From Hormiphora californensis (taxonomy: Eukaryota > Animalia > Ctenophora), in NCBI GenBank assembly GCA_020137815.1, contig CM035358.1, positions 5,084,001-5,148,000 of the forward strand: DNA of 64,000 bases, given 5' to 3'. A model generated the notes under the pieces. The model saw nothing but the letters and a program-made list of their open reading frames with translations. It ran no database searches and was not told where the DNA came from. Below are positions 37,001 to 49,654 of the stretch, piece by piece. Both the position numbers and the translations under genes were made by a program. Positions within the stretch are counted from its first letter, which is position 1, and every line of letters starts with the position of its first letter.

Positions 37001-40000
37001 ATACCGATATATTCAAAAAATTTTACATAAATTATGCATAATTTATGACTTCCCATACTCAAATCAAGATTTTATATAGCCTATTACACGTAGAATAGTC
37101 GACTTATGGGGGGTCTTCCCCGGGACAAAAAGCTCTAAATCCAGCCGTTTTCGCTCTAAGTGTTTTGCAAAAAGGTGGTGCGTATGTATGTATGTATACA
37201 GAGTAAGCGTTTGGGACCCCCCTCGTAACTTTTGAACGGAACGATCGATCCACTTGAAATTTTGAACACTAATAGATATCATTGAGGTAGCTTTACATAA
37301 AAAATTTCAGCTTCCTAGCTTGTCGGGAACATGGTTTAATAGGCGCTCAAAAAGGGCGAAAGTCGCATCCGTATGGTAGCGCCCCGAATCGGGCAAAATT
37401 AAATTTTCCGCGCCTGAGTTTATCTTTTCAGATTTGATCTTATAATGTTCTAGGATGACCTTAGAAGGGGTGGGATGGTTTTTTCATTGCTGGGGGCTTT
37501 GCCCCCAGACCCCCATTAGGCCACGGGGCACTTGCCAGTGCAGTGATTTCAAAAACGGTGAAATTGACTCAGTATGGATAAAGGACACCTCGAGAGATGT
37601 ACCACTAAATAAGTTAGCCTCTTACAAATGATTTCTCAGCCGAAAATGGGATTTTGCGAAACTTCGAACTTCGAACTTCAGTGTGTGTCGCGAGGTTGAG
37701 AGTTGAACGAGCGTGCCCAACTTCAGTGTGTCTCCCGCCTAATAGTCTGTCTGAGTGCCTGTCAAGTGTCAATTCCAAAAACTTTATTGTGGGTACTGCT
37801 AGACGAAGACAATATTAAACTATTGACAGCAGTTTAGTTAGTATATTTCAACTTTCTCGAGCTATGTCCCTCTCAGTTTGACTCCCCTTTTATACTTTTT
37901 ACTTTTTACAAAGATCAATTTAACTCTAGTTACAATCAGGATACCCCACGTCAGCTTTACTTGGGCATTTCATTGCATTGATCAACAGCATTAAACAACA
38001 ATATACTGCAACTGTAAACTTTTGGTATTTTCATGTAATCACCACCAGTCAAACCCCGATATACCGTGCACCCCGATATACCGCGCACCCCGATATACCC
38101 TTCCTCCGAGGAGTCCGGTAAACCAAGGTTTGACTGTTATATACATCCTAATAGTAATTAATTGATTAATTAATTAATAGTAATTACCTCATTATCTTCC
38201 CTTATGGCTTTAGCAGACTCGTAGGTTGATGGCACACAGCACGGCTGATACATCGGTTCCCTCATGTGTTCTGCGTAGTTTCCTGTTCAGAGTTTTGTGA
38301 TGATATTGATTTGAGAATTATGATTGATATCATAATTTTAAGTAGACATTAATTAAATATAAGAGAGGTAAATAACAGAGATAAGATTAAGGAGAAGAGT
38401 TGAAAGCCAACACGTTTTATAATAATCCCACTCAATCTAGTTCTTGTATCAGTGGCAGGAATGAGGTATAAATATACGTGGCAATGTTTTGTTCTCGTGC
38501 GTGTCACACATATCTCGGTCCTGTCACAGATTTGAATGGCTCATGACGTGACGCGCGATGACCCCCGGATAATAATCGAAGCGCGGAAATGTACAACTTT
38601 TCCCACGGTACCGCGCGGAAATGTACTTTTCATGTAACGAGGTTTCATGTCATCGCGCCATCCTGTCAGAATCACAGTCTCACAAATGACTACTCCCCGA
38701 AGTCATGCAGTATGTCACACGGCAGATGACACATTTTGTCATTAGATGCTATTTGTCATTGTCCCACATTGAATACTCACTAGAGAGACAAAGTGTGACG
38801 TTTTTGTCATAGTGACACCTGTCATCATCTATTGCTATAGTCTAGTAGGTCATCGGATGTGATGACTAATTAAATCATGACACACGGTCTAGTCTGGTCT
38901 AGTAGACTATAATACCCGGCTAGTCACTACCCACAGGGTCGCGGCTACTGCAGACTACTGCATCCAACTCTCGATTTCCCATGCACCTTGAATCTTGATA
39001 TGGAAGTCCGGTAAATCGAGGTTTAATAAAAGGATTTCTGCCACTTACCCAACACCATGGTATGTGTAGGTGAACCATCCATCTTCCACAGATAGGGGCA
39101 TGATCCTGCACAATAGTTCACATATAACCCATCAGGGTCCCTTGATATTTGGCTATGTCCATATCTCGAACGAATTGGAGGTAGAGGATTCGGAAGGCCA
39201 CACTTCCCCGTGTCCTCGGGCTGCTGTGACCTTTCCCGGGGCTGGCCCTCCCCTAAAAAGGGAAATTTTTTGTTTAGGGGGTGTTGTTAGGGTTTGGCGG
39301 GTGACCATTATCGTTTGGTCGGGCCTAGATTTTGGGGGGGTTTGTTGGGGCCGGGGGGGTGGGGGGCCCGGGGGGGGTTGCTAGGGGTTGCTAGCGGGTT
39401 CAGGGTTGTTCGGGTTGCTAGGGGATTATCTTACTATATAATGCAAAAACACCCGAAACTTGACCCCCCCAGGGCATGTTTGGGGGCCCCCTAAATCGTC
39501 GTCATCAAGATCAATCACGTAACTTTCATGCTAGGAGTACCCCACATCCCAATGATCAGATCACCCAACTGAGGATAAAGATCACCCCACCCCCCCAAGA
39601 TCGATCATCCCATGGGGATAATCACCCACCTTTGATCAGATCCCCCCATTAAATATCAATCATCCCATGATATCAGATCCCACTTTTCCCCCCCAGTACC
39701 CCACTTTGGGGAAAGAATCCCCCATAGGATTTGGAAAAAATAGACCAAAGACTGACGACAGAAAAATTTGAGATAAAAGGGAAGAGAGAAGGAGGAAAGG
39801 GGAAGAGGAGGAGAGAGGCAAAAGAGAGAAGAGAGAAAAGGGGATAGAAGAGAGAGAGAGAGAACAAATAGAGCCCCGGTGAGACAAAAAGGAGAACGCC
39901 CAAGAGAAAGAAAGAGAGACAAGAAGAGAGAAAGAGATAAAAATAAAAGAGCAGAAACAGAGAGAAAAAACGAAAAGAGAAGAGAGGCCCAGATTGTAGC

Positions 40001-41863
40001 AAACTTATCTTTTTTCCTGCCCCACTCAACGATCTCGTTTCAAAAAACCAACATTTTGGGGTTTTCCCCCCAGCAACTGTTTTTTACCAGCAACCAAAAC
40101 CCCCAAAACCAAATCTAAATGTAACCATATTTTTCACTTTAAATCTCTTTCCCCACTACAATTTCCTTCCCCCTCTTTCTCTCTCCCGCAAAGAGAGAAA
40201 TTTTTTCCCTTTTTAACGCCCCCTCTCCTCCTTCTCTCTCTCCCCTTCCAAATCCCCCTTTTTTAAAAAGGGCCAAAATTTAAACCACCTCCCCCTTTTT
40301 TTAAAACCGCTCTCCCCCTTTTTTTTTTTACAAAAAACCCCGTTTCCCCCTCTCTCCCCCCCCAAACAAACTAAAATATTCCCCACTGTGCAAATTTAAA
40401 AAAAAAATCCACCTTCACTTCCTAACTCGGGTTGTGTGGGAAAGACTTACCCTTTTCCCGCAAAACTCAACGACCCTCTTTTTCAACGACGATTTTGGGT
40501 TTTTTCCCAGGGAACATGGTATTTTCCAAACCCCGGACAAAACCGAAACGAATCATAATTTTTAAACCATATTTTCACATTTAATCTCTATTCCCATTTA
40601 ACAATTTCCTTCTCCCCCTCTCCCCCCTCCCCCCCCCCCCCCCAAAGAGAGAAACTTTTTTTTTCCCTTTTTAAAAACGCTCCCCCTCTCTCTCTCTCTC
40701 TTTTCTCCCCTTCCCCCTCTCCCCCAATCTCCCCCTTTTTTAAAGGGCCAAAATCCACTCCCCCCCCCTTTTTTTAAAAAACGTTTCCCCCTCTCTTTTT
40801 TTTTTTTTAAAAAAGAAAAAAACGAGACCCCGAAAATTCTCTCCCCTCCCCCCCCAAACTACGCCCGGAAAATTTCCCCCGCAGGGTGCTAATTAAAAAA
40901 AAACCCCTCTTCACTTCCTAACTCAGTTTTTTTGCAAAAACTTATCTCTTTTTTTGGGTATCGAAAACCACCTCCACACTCTGTTTAGAGGAAATCGGAA
41001 CCGCTTGCCCTTTTTTCATAACGCCTAAAAACTTTTATCTGCCATGAAAATTGTAGCCCAAACACTACATAGTTCAAATTTTGGGGGTTTTGGGGGCCGC
41101 CACTTTTCGAAAAGGGGAAAACCAAATCTTGTTTTTTCCTTTCCTAAATTTTCTTTTGAAAACAAACAAAAATTTGCGAGCGGTCTTTAAAAGCTGGGGG
41201 TTTTCAAACTTCGGCCGTTTCCAGGGATAGTTTAACATTTTCATGTTAAAACCCCAGGTTTTTTTTGGGGCAAAGTAAATTTGATTTAAAAACATATTTT
41301 GTACAAATGGTCCAACTTCAAGACCTTTTTAATTTTGATGGCCAGACCTTTGAAGATAGAAACTTCAAACTTTGCCACGATCTTTAATATGATGTTAAGC
41401 ATATCTGACATACTTTTTCAAAAAAAAATTTCATCATTAACACCTAAAACTGATCTTAAAACCAAGGTTCCGGAGATAATTTTTCAAATATGAGTACAGA
41501 ATTGTAATTTTCAGACAATTTGGTGGGGAATACCAAAATTTGGTGCATTTTCATTGAGTGGTTGAGGAGCTATTAATTTTTGAAGTGAATCAAACCGCTT
41601 CTGTAACCCCTAGCTCAGGTCGCCGGGCGACCTTCGCGCGCGCTGGCAAGGGGTAACTTCGTAACCAATCTCTTTCTGCACAACTCAACGATCTCGTTTC
41701 ACACGAGCGATCTTGGGATTTCCCAGCGAACATGGTATATCCAGCGACTAAACCGAAACGAATCATAATATGTAACCATAGTTCACATTTAATCTCTATT
41801 CCCGACTACAATTCCTTCTCCCTCTCTCTCTCCCGCAAAGAGAGAAACTGTTTTCCAGTTTAA

Positions 41864-41904
<41 letters not shown>

Positions 41905-44900
41905 ATCTCCCTTTTTTACGGCAGAAATACACTCTCCCCCTCAGTTTAACGCTCTCTCTTCTTTTTTTACAGAAGAAACGATATCTCTCTCTCCCCTCAA
42001 ACTACGCGATATGTCACGCACTGTGCTAATTAAAAAAATCCATCTTCACTTCCTAACTCAGTTGTGTAGCAAGACTTATCTCTTTCTGCACAACTCAACG
42101 ATCTCGTTTCACACGAGCGATCTTGGGATTTCCCAGCGAACATGGTATATCCAGCGACTAAACCGAAACGAATCATAATATGTAACCATAGTTCACATTT
42201 AATCTCTATTATTTGCCTCCACCCACCCCTCCGCCCACCCCCCCACCCACCCAGACAGATAGGTCTCACATTACACATATAATACGTACAATACCCGTCC
42301 TGCCACTTATAATGTAAACCTACCATATGCCAGACCAATTCAAGATACTATAATACTATAATAATGAAACCCCAAACACCTAATATGTGGGTGACCTAAA
42401 ATCCTAAAAACGGAGGCAAAACCTCGTACAATAACCTATGTAAAACGATAATAAACCACACCGCAGTAGCTATCAGGCTAATCGAGACTAAAGAATAGAA
42501 AGCGACATCCCCTCTTGTCGCAGGGGGATAGAGCCACGGAGCCAAGAATCACAGAAAGAAGAATCAAGATTCTGCGACTCTCGAAGGAGTTTAGTCTCCC
42601 GAACCCGAAGCCACCTATAATGCGAACCTGTCCTGTGGTCAGTTCCTGATGGTGGGGGAGGGGAGGGGGGCTATTCTCCTAGTGCCGGCGATATCGCTTT
42701 GCGATAGTCCCCTGTGGGCTTGCCGTTGGCAAGCCCAGGCACTCCGTAGATAGATAGATAGACAGAGATAGAGATAGAGAGGTAGGACTAAGAGGAAACT
42801 GAGAAGTGAGAGATATGAAAAACGATCAGTTTTAAGCCATCCGTAGGATGGCCTGGGTCCACTAGTGGTCTTAAATTTGAGGACAATGTCAGGGGATTGA
42901 GATAATGAATTGTTAGAGGCAACCATACTAAGTGGCTGTGGAGCGTTGATGAGGGAATGGTTAAATACGGGGAAGGGAAATAATATGGTTATACGATGGA
43001 TGTAATAACCCATTCTAGGGGAGGGAAAATAAATTAATCAAAACAGTTCTCCGAGTTGTACTTCCCCAACTAGTTTTATAGCTAGAGGAAATTTGCTCTT
43101 GTTTGGAAACGAGTATAAGGGGAAACTCTAACTGAATGGCATCCCATCAACAGTAAAACTCTAACTGATATAATGGACCACAGTGTTGGTTCTTTCTCTG
43201 TATTCTCTCTGTGTGCGCGCCCGCACCCGGGCATACCCAATGTACTGCCTACAGAGAGAATACAGAGAAAGAACCATCACTGTGGTCCATTATCAGTTAA
43301 AGTCTTACTGTTGATGGGATCCCATTAATGGGATGCCATTCAGTTAGAGTTTCCCCTAATGAGAGGAAGTCACGAAAAAAAGGAAGATAGTTTGATGTGG
43401 TTAAACAACTTAGGAGTGTTAGTTAATTTCGTTACCAAGTATGTAGTTGTTCGGTTGTGGAATTGTTATATGGGTGAGGCTCCCTCAATTCACAACACAA
43501 TAACGTGTTTGTTTGCAGAAACTCACATAGTAGCTGGGGTTATTCAGATTTGCCCTTGTTGCATCATAAAATGGCTCCTTGATCTTTCGTTTTGATTGTC
43601 GGCAACTTTTTAGGAAAATCCGCGGTCTGAAAGAGGGTGAATTTTTGTTTTGCCGAGAAACGACGTGCCCAAGGAAATTTTTGATTATTTTTGTAGCTAA
43701 AGTTCATCTGAGCCTAGCTCTCTGCTCTAGTCAGAGAGGGAGAGAAAAGGGTCAATGGTAACCATTATAACTTGACATCTCTTATAAAAATGGATTAAAC
43801 AGTTTTCTAGTTTCTAGTTTCTCTCCATGAAGTCTCAATTAACTGTGACGCAGGCAAGACAAGTCTAGTATGGCTCATGTCATGTCAATCCTCCTGAAAT
43901 CCTAGACATCTAGGCAGAGAGGGAGCGAGAGCATTCCGTTCGCGTTGCTTTCATAACCGAAACTTTGATTTAGTTTTTTCTCAGTTTAAATTTGTTGTCT
44001 CCGTTTTACTCAGTTTTCGAATTTTCGATTAACGCGGTCTTGATAAATTCTGTGTTGAGTCATCTATACCGGGTTTATGATTTACCGCGTTATGGTTCCC
44101 CGGGTGTCTGGGTTTTTTATTTACCAATTACCGGTTGCCAACCTTGATATAACTTACTTGTGCTCCCCAACAACAGTAGCTCGGAACTGTGGTACCAGTC
44201 CTTTCTGGTTTTCTGATGAATGCGGTCTAATCTGGAAGCCCAGCCTGATCTTATTCCTTCCAACAATTTCCTGTAATTAATGTTTGCAATTAGTACAATA
44301 ATCGATTGTTATGTTCTAAGTCTAACCCTTCTTTTCGAGGGCAAATAATCGATTGTTTAAATATGAGCTTGATGACGGTTCCAATCCTGTTTTGATTATT
44401 TGAATGTGAGCAAGTGCACCGCTAGACAGAATATCAGAGACCTTTATTAATTTGTCAAAAAATAGACAAGGACAGAGATGCTAGAATTAATGAAATTCGA
44501 TTATAACATGTATCCTTGTAAAATATGTGACCAGAATTTATTCAAGCTTGACATAATACTTATAGTTCAATCTTTAATTGTATTATTTTAGCCCTTAAAG
44601 CTACCCCCGCCCCCCCAATCCGTGGGAGAGATGGATTGATGAGGGAGGGAGAGAGAGAGAGAGAGATGTATTGATAAGGGAGAGAGATAGATTGATGAGG
44701 GAGGGAGAGATGGGCACTTGACGACGGGTCCCAGGGAGGGCCCCTGTAGAAAGCGACAAAGGAGTTGGGAAGAAGAAAGAGAATGGAGGAATGGAGAGAA
44801 AGAGAAAGAGAGGGGAGAGAGAAAAGAAAAAGAGAAAAGGAAAAAAAGAAAAGAGAAGAGAGAGAAAAAAGAGAGGGGGGGGAAAAGGGGACCCCCCCCC

Positions 44901-47040
44901 CCAAAAAAATTTTTTTTTTTTTTTTTTTTTTTCCCTTTTCTCTCCTCCCCCTCTCTTTTTCCTTCCCCTTTCTCTCCCCCTCTCTCCGCCTCTCTCTCCC
45001 CCTTCCCTCTCTCTCTCCCCTCCTCCCTCTCTCTTTCTCGTCTCCCCTCCTCTCTCTCCTTCCTTTTCCCCCCCCCCTTCTTCCCCTTTTCCCCCTTCCT
45101 CTCCCCCCTTTCCCCCTTTCCCTTGTTTTTTTCCTTCCCTTTTTTTCCTTCTCCCCCTTTACCCCCCCCTCTTTCCCCTTTTTTCCCCCCCTTTTTCCCC
45201 CCCCCTTCCCCCCCGTTTTTTTTTTTCCCCCTTTTTTTTTTTTTTTTTTTTTCCCCCTTTTTTAAAATTTTATTTTTTTTTTTTTCCCTTTAAAACGTCG
45301 GACCCCTTTTAGGGACACCCTCGGGGGAAAGGCTCTTTCCATAAATCGGGGTGCCCCCAAAATGGGGGGTCAAATAAGGTTAATTTCCTATTGGGGGGAA
45401 AAAAATCCTTTCCCCTAAATGGGGTCCCCTAAATCGGGGCCCCAAATCGGGTCCACTGTATTCCAATTCGTACTGCCACAACTGAAAATATATTTCCAGG
45501 AACCGACCAAAACAGTAACACCAATCAGAACTCTTATTTAGGTCCCCTGACTGGTTATCACCCAAATCAGGGCCCATATTTCCTGATTCGGTGGGGGTTT
45601 TCCTGACTTGCGGCCCCAACAACATCTCTTGCAGATGGCTAACAAATGAATAAAAAAGGGAAAAAAAAATGTAACAACTTTGCTTGGGGGCACATCCCAT
45701 GGTTCCTATTGAAATAAAAAATGGGTCAAAAATTTTTTAGAAAGTTTTAACAACCATTTTGTGAAAATTGGAAAACAAACCCGGGTTTTACTAGATGCTG
45801 ATCGTTGAATCCTTCATACACATTAAAAGATTTCCACCCCCGGCTATTCTTCCCAATCTGTTTGCTATCAAGCACAACGTGATCTCCCTGGAGAAGCAGG
45901 GATTCCACCCTCTGGGCGGAACGGGAGGATTGCCCATACTGGTACAGTCGTAACTCCGCACTGCATAGTGACTGAAGGGGAGAGGTGATTTAGTTAGCTG
46001 GTAATTGGAAGGGAATCCATTAATTGGTAATTAGAGTTTGTGTAAGTCTAAATGTGACTATATACTATCTCTGTCCCTAGCAGATACTTCTGTTTAGGGA
46101 CAGTGTAACATATTATTTGTACCTACCAAATCATTATCGGGGACTAATATTAATTAATATTAATAATAATTAAGGGGAACTTACCTTTTCTAGGGTGTGT
46201 CTAAGGTGATTCCTATTAATTGTGAAGTTAACACTAAACTGAGAATTATCTGACTTCAACGACTCTGAAAGGTAGAGAGAGAGTTAGAAGTTGGAGAGTA
46301 TCATATATTTGTCACTTGTCACATAACACCATATATGGTCATATATCACGCGACACATAACACCATATATGGGCATATCATAGATTTGTCACTTGTCCTC
46401 AATTATCAATCTGTCATTTGTCATTCATTTGTCACTCTTGAAACCCAATATCTTTTTACAGTGCAGGTTTCGCTTGTGTATCAATATAACTAGCCCTTTT
46501 GACATGTCTCTTATCCGATACCAATCTGTCAGAGCATTGGCGGCTGACAGATACCAATACCACAAGACTCTTGCAAGATCAGTATCATCCGATACCAATG
46601 TGAGAGTTGAGACGTTTCGATTGACACTTCAATGCAGGTATATCCCCCGGTAATACACGGGATATCCACGTAAAGATGAAGACATGTGATAGTGAAATAT
46701 TTATAGTTGATCGAGAAGATACTATCGAATGGGTTATTTATCGTGAAACCTCGATTTACCGGACCTCGATTTATCAGATGGAAAAATTTCCCCCAAATTA
46801 GGATTGAATTAGCTTGATATCAAACCTCTAAACACCTTAATTCGAGGTTTTACTAATAGGTTTAAGTAAAGTACCTGGATAAAGCACTGTAATATCTGTG
46901 TTGGCATCGTTTTTACAGCACCGAGCGTTGATAAATTCAGTCTCTGAGGTCATGAAATAATCAATCTGAAGGTTTTTACTGGCCCGCGTCCCAAGAATCA
47001 TGTTGTGAAGGAGTAGGAGGAGGAGGGATGAGGGAAACAT
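34082..47040 (-). CDS. TGF-beta superfamily ligand precursor (TGF-beta-like)
   Basis: Exons 46875-47040 (signal MFPSSLLLLLLHNMILGTRA), 46185-46264, 45792-45971 (SAELRLYQ..LDSK..GWKSFNV, propeptide), 44158-44270, 43527-43626 (RQSKRK), about 39049-39250 (PDGLYVNYCAGSCPYLW; 5' part error-prone), 38188-38282 or 34660-34754 (QPCCVPSTY), 34082-34129 (IVLFEDIIVTSCKCV-stop). Confidence 0.9.
35869..37739. mobile_element. PIF/Harbinger-like non-autonomous element (1.87 kb) carrying internal repeats
   Basis: Ends GGGGGGAGAC.. / ..GTGTCTCCCGCC followed by TAA. The empty site TAA is present in duplicate copy A (34233-34235). Same ends as 61035-61483. Confidence 0.8.
36395..37040. repeat. 163-bp tandem repeat, about 4 copies
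   Basis: CAAATAAC anchor at 36401, 36564, 36727 and 36890. An inverted partial copy lies at about 37090-37170. Confidence 0.9.
40000..42210. repeat. About 400-450-bp tandem repeat (4-5 units, left units degraded) in a TGF-beta intron
   Basis: CAACTCAACGATCTCGTTTCACACGAGCG.. recurs at about 40022, 40462, 41680 and 42090. One unit is interrupted by an insertion. Confidence 0.8.
40954..41668. mobile_element. Non-autonomous DNA element with TTGGT.. / ..GGTAACTTCGTAACCAA ends
   Basis: Interrupts a satellite unit at TCTCTTT. Same ends as 53207-53299. Confidence 0.65.
43119..43356. mobile_element. Harbinger/Tourist-like MITE
   Basis: GGGGAAACTCTAACTGAATGGCATCCCAT mirrored at the right end. TAA TSD on both sides. 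Confidence 0.85.
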
Positions 47041-47043
47041 GGT

Positions 47044-47200
47044 GAGCTGAGGAGGAGGGAGGTTGGGGGTTAGAGGGAGCTGAGCAGGAGGTAGGTTGGG
47101 GGTTAGAGGGAGCTGAGGAGGAGGGAGGTTGGGGGTTAGAGGGAGCTGAGGAGGAGGGAGGTTGGGGGTTAGAGGGAGCTGAGGAGGAGGGAGGTTGGGG
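47044..47200 (-). repeat. 33-bp tandem array of 3' splice-site modules directly upstream of the TGF-beta ATG
   Basis: Sense unit CCTCTAACCCCCAACCTCCCTCCTCCTCAG|CTC, about 5 copies. The last AG is 6 nt before ATG 47040. Confidence 0.85.
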
Positions 47201-49621
47201 ATGGTGCCAACTTGGGGATGGTGCTAACTTGGGGTTGGTGCGGGCACGCGAACATGAGGGGCGTGACGTGCCCAAAACTTGGGGATAGGGAGGATGGAGA
47301 AGGAAACTGTAGATAGACAATGACGTATGCCATAGGCATATAATTTGACAAAAGTAGGTTACTTGAGAGAGAAAGGCAGGGCAAGGGAATGAAAATTGAA
47401 ACATTCTGCATACGTACGTGGGCTGCGTCTAGACGCAAAAAAAGGTTCCACCTAGCCTAAATCAACTGCTCAGAAATGCCAGTTAGGTTTTCGCGATAGG
47501 AAATTGAAGGGCTAAAATTTATGTAGGCACATGCTTTATCTTCATTTTAACAAGTTTCTAACCGTATTCTCCTCTCTATCTCTCATATTATCTTACTAGA
47601 AACCGGTTATGCATTTTCGTACTTTATATTTCGAGTACAATAGTAGAAGTTGTCACCCCCCCCCTGGGTGGCGTGCGAGTTTTTATTTGCGTGTCGGAAA
47701 CTTGTTTTGGCTCTCACGCTTTGTTTCTTGACCAATTTCGTCAAACGGACTCACAAAATTATGCTCTTTCCGATGATATGCAGCATTTTGCCGAAAAAAT
47801 GAAAGCAATTGGGGGCTGTCAGGCGCAAATACGACGCCGCGTGTGAAAAGGGGGTGACAACTTCAAAAAATCCGACTTTAATCAAAAATTGACGAGACAA
47901 TAAAGACGAAGGGGGAATATAACGATAGTATAGTTAGAAAAGCAAAGTAGGGCAATATATGAATATCTGGGCGGAAGGAGTTGACGGAAAAAAAACTTAG
48001 TTCTATAGAAATTGGTACATATATAATATTGTTCAGAATATAATGTCTTTTAGAAAGAAGGGATGGATATATTTATATTGTCACGCTACGAGCTAGCGTA
48101 TCGGAAAATTAGATTACTATGCCACAATTATATTACAGTTGGGACAACAAGAAATGTCAAACCTCGATTTATCTGACCTCGATTTACCAGAATCGTGGTT
48201 TTACGGTATGATAAACAGCAACACCAATCAAAAACAGCTACCACGGGGTCCTTGGTGCAAATAATAAATATCTATATGAAACCTCAGGTCTCGGGTGAAA
48301 GGAAAATCTTCAACTAGATCTGTGGTGATAAACACGGTATCTTGAAAATTCCAAAGTGCATTGAACTGTAACCTTAGACCTTGTTGGATATGGAGCTGTA
48401 TCCTAAATATTCGATAGATAAAGAATATAATTATTGTCCGATAGACCAGTGAAGAATAAGGAATGTTTATCGATATGATATGGTGAGGTCGTATTATAGT
48501 AATTCTAATCAAAATTAGGGTGCCAATAGTAATTCTCGTTCGTCGAATCGTGTGTCCAATCAAGGATTGGACACACGACTTTTTTACCAGGGTAATGATT
48601 TATGATTAAAACTGAAACTTGTTGAAACTAATTTAAACTCCCTACAATTGCTGTCGACAACTAACAACACGAATCAAAACAAAAAGTTGATACAAAACAC
48701 CTTTATATACTAACTGGTAGTAGAGCTACGCCACAAACTAAGCTACATCTGTAGTGCGTGTGAACTTTGAAGTGAAGTGTTTAAAAACACGTCATGCATA
48801 GACTTTTCTCGGTCCCCCTTTCTTAGACTTGTGCTTAATTAAAATCTAGATAGAACTGCTTGGAGGCTTACGATAAACTTGGATAGAAGACATAAAATAT
48901 CATAGCTTCTATGTGAAACAAGGATGTGATCGATGTGATTGAGATAAGTCTAGATAATCAGCTCTATAACTAAAGTATGTATAACTGGCTTTAGTAGACG
49001 CCAAAATCAAATGGTAAATCAAAGCACCAAAAAATGAGCCAAAGACAGTCAGACAAGAGCCTAATCAATCACAACTGTACAGCTCAGAGTCGTTCTCTCA
49101 CGTAACCTATCAGGCCAATGCTCAGACCACGGTTCTCGCGTGCTCCGAAAGAAATGAGAATAGGGTCAGGCTAATGCTCTGACAGCACGTAACCGTGCGA
49201 GATGACGCGAGATGATGACAAGTGTTATCATGATCTGATAATAAACGGCCTGATTCAATTAGCAAGTGCCCAATGTCTAGATCTGATAGATATGGCACTG
49301 TGATGACTATGCAGCTCCGGCCACCATCTCATCATGTGCAAGGCCATGATATGCACGGAGTGAGTAGAGACGTGGGATCTGGATAGACGTGTCTAAAATT
49401 CCTGAGACACCGATAATATTATATATCCTCATTTCTTTTCTTTCTATCGGTCTCTATCTTTTTTCTCTCTTTTTCTCGTTTCTCTCTATTCCTCTTTCTC
49501 TCTCTCTCCATTTCATGCAGTCCGGACACATATTTATGTTCCCCTATTGGGTCTAGACTGGCCGATATGATAGACGTCATAATATAACAAATTACTTATC
49601 CCCTTAACATGAACAAACAAA

Positions 49622-49654
<33 letters not shown>

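Larger units (their letters stand above)
34040..38410. repeat. Direct duplication of the TGF-beta 3' end (copy A about 34040-34873; copy B about 35681-38410 with a transposon insert)
   Basis: Colinear exon and intron sequence in both copies, e.g. GGTACTGCTAGACGAAGACA at about 34269 and 37792. Confidence 0.9.

Noticed and set aside
36395-37040. Regular repeats resembling a CRISPR array (also 18860-19020)
   Set aside because: Contiguous tandem units with no unique spacers, no cas genes, eukaryotic context.
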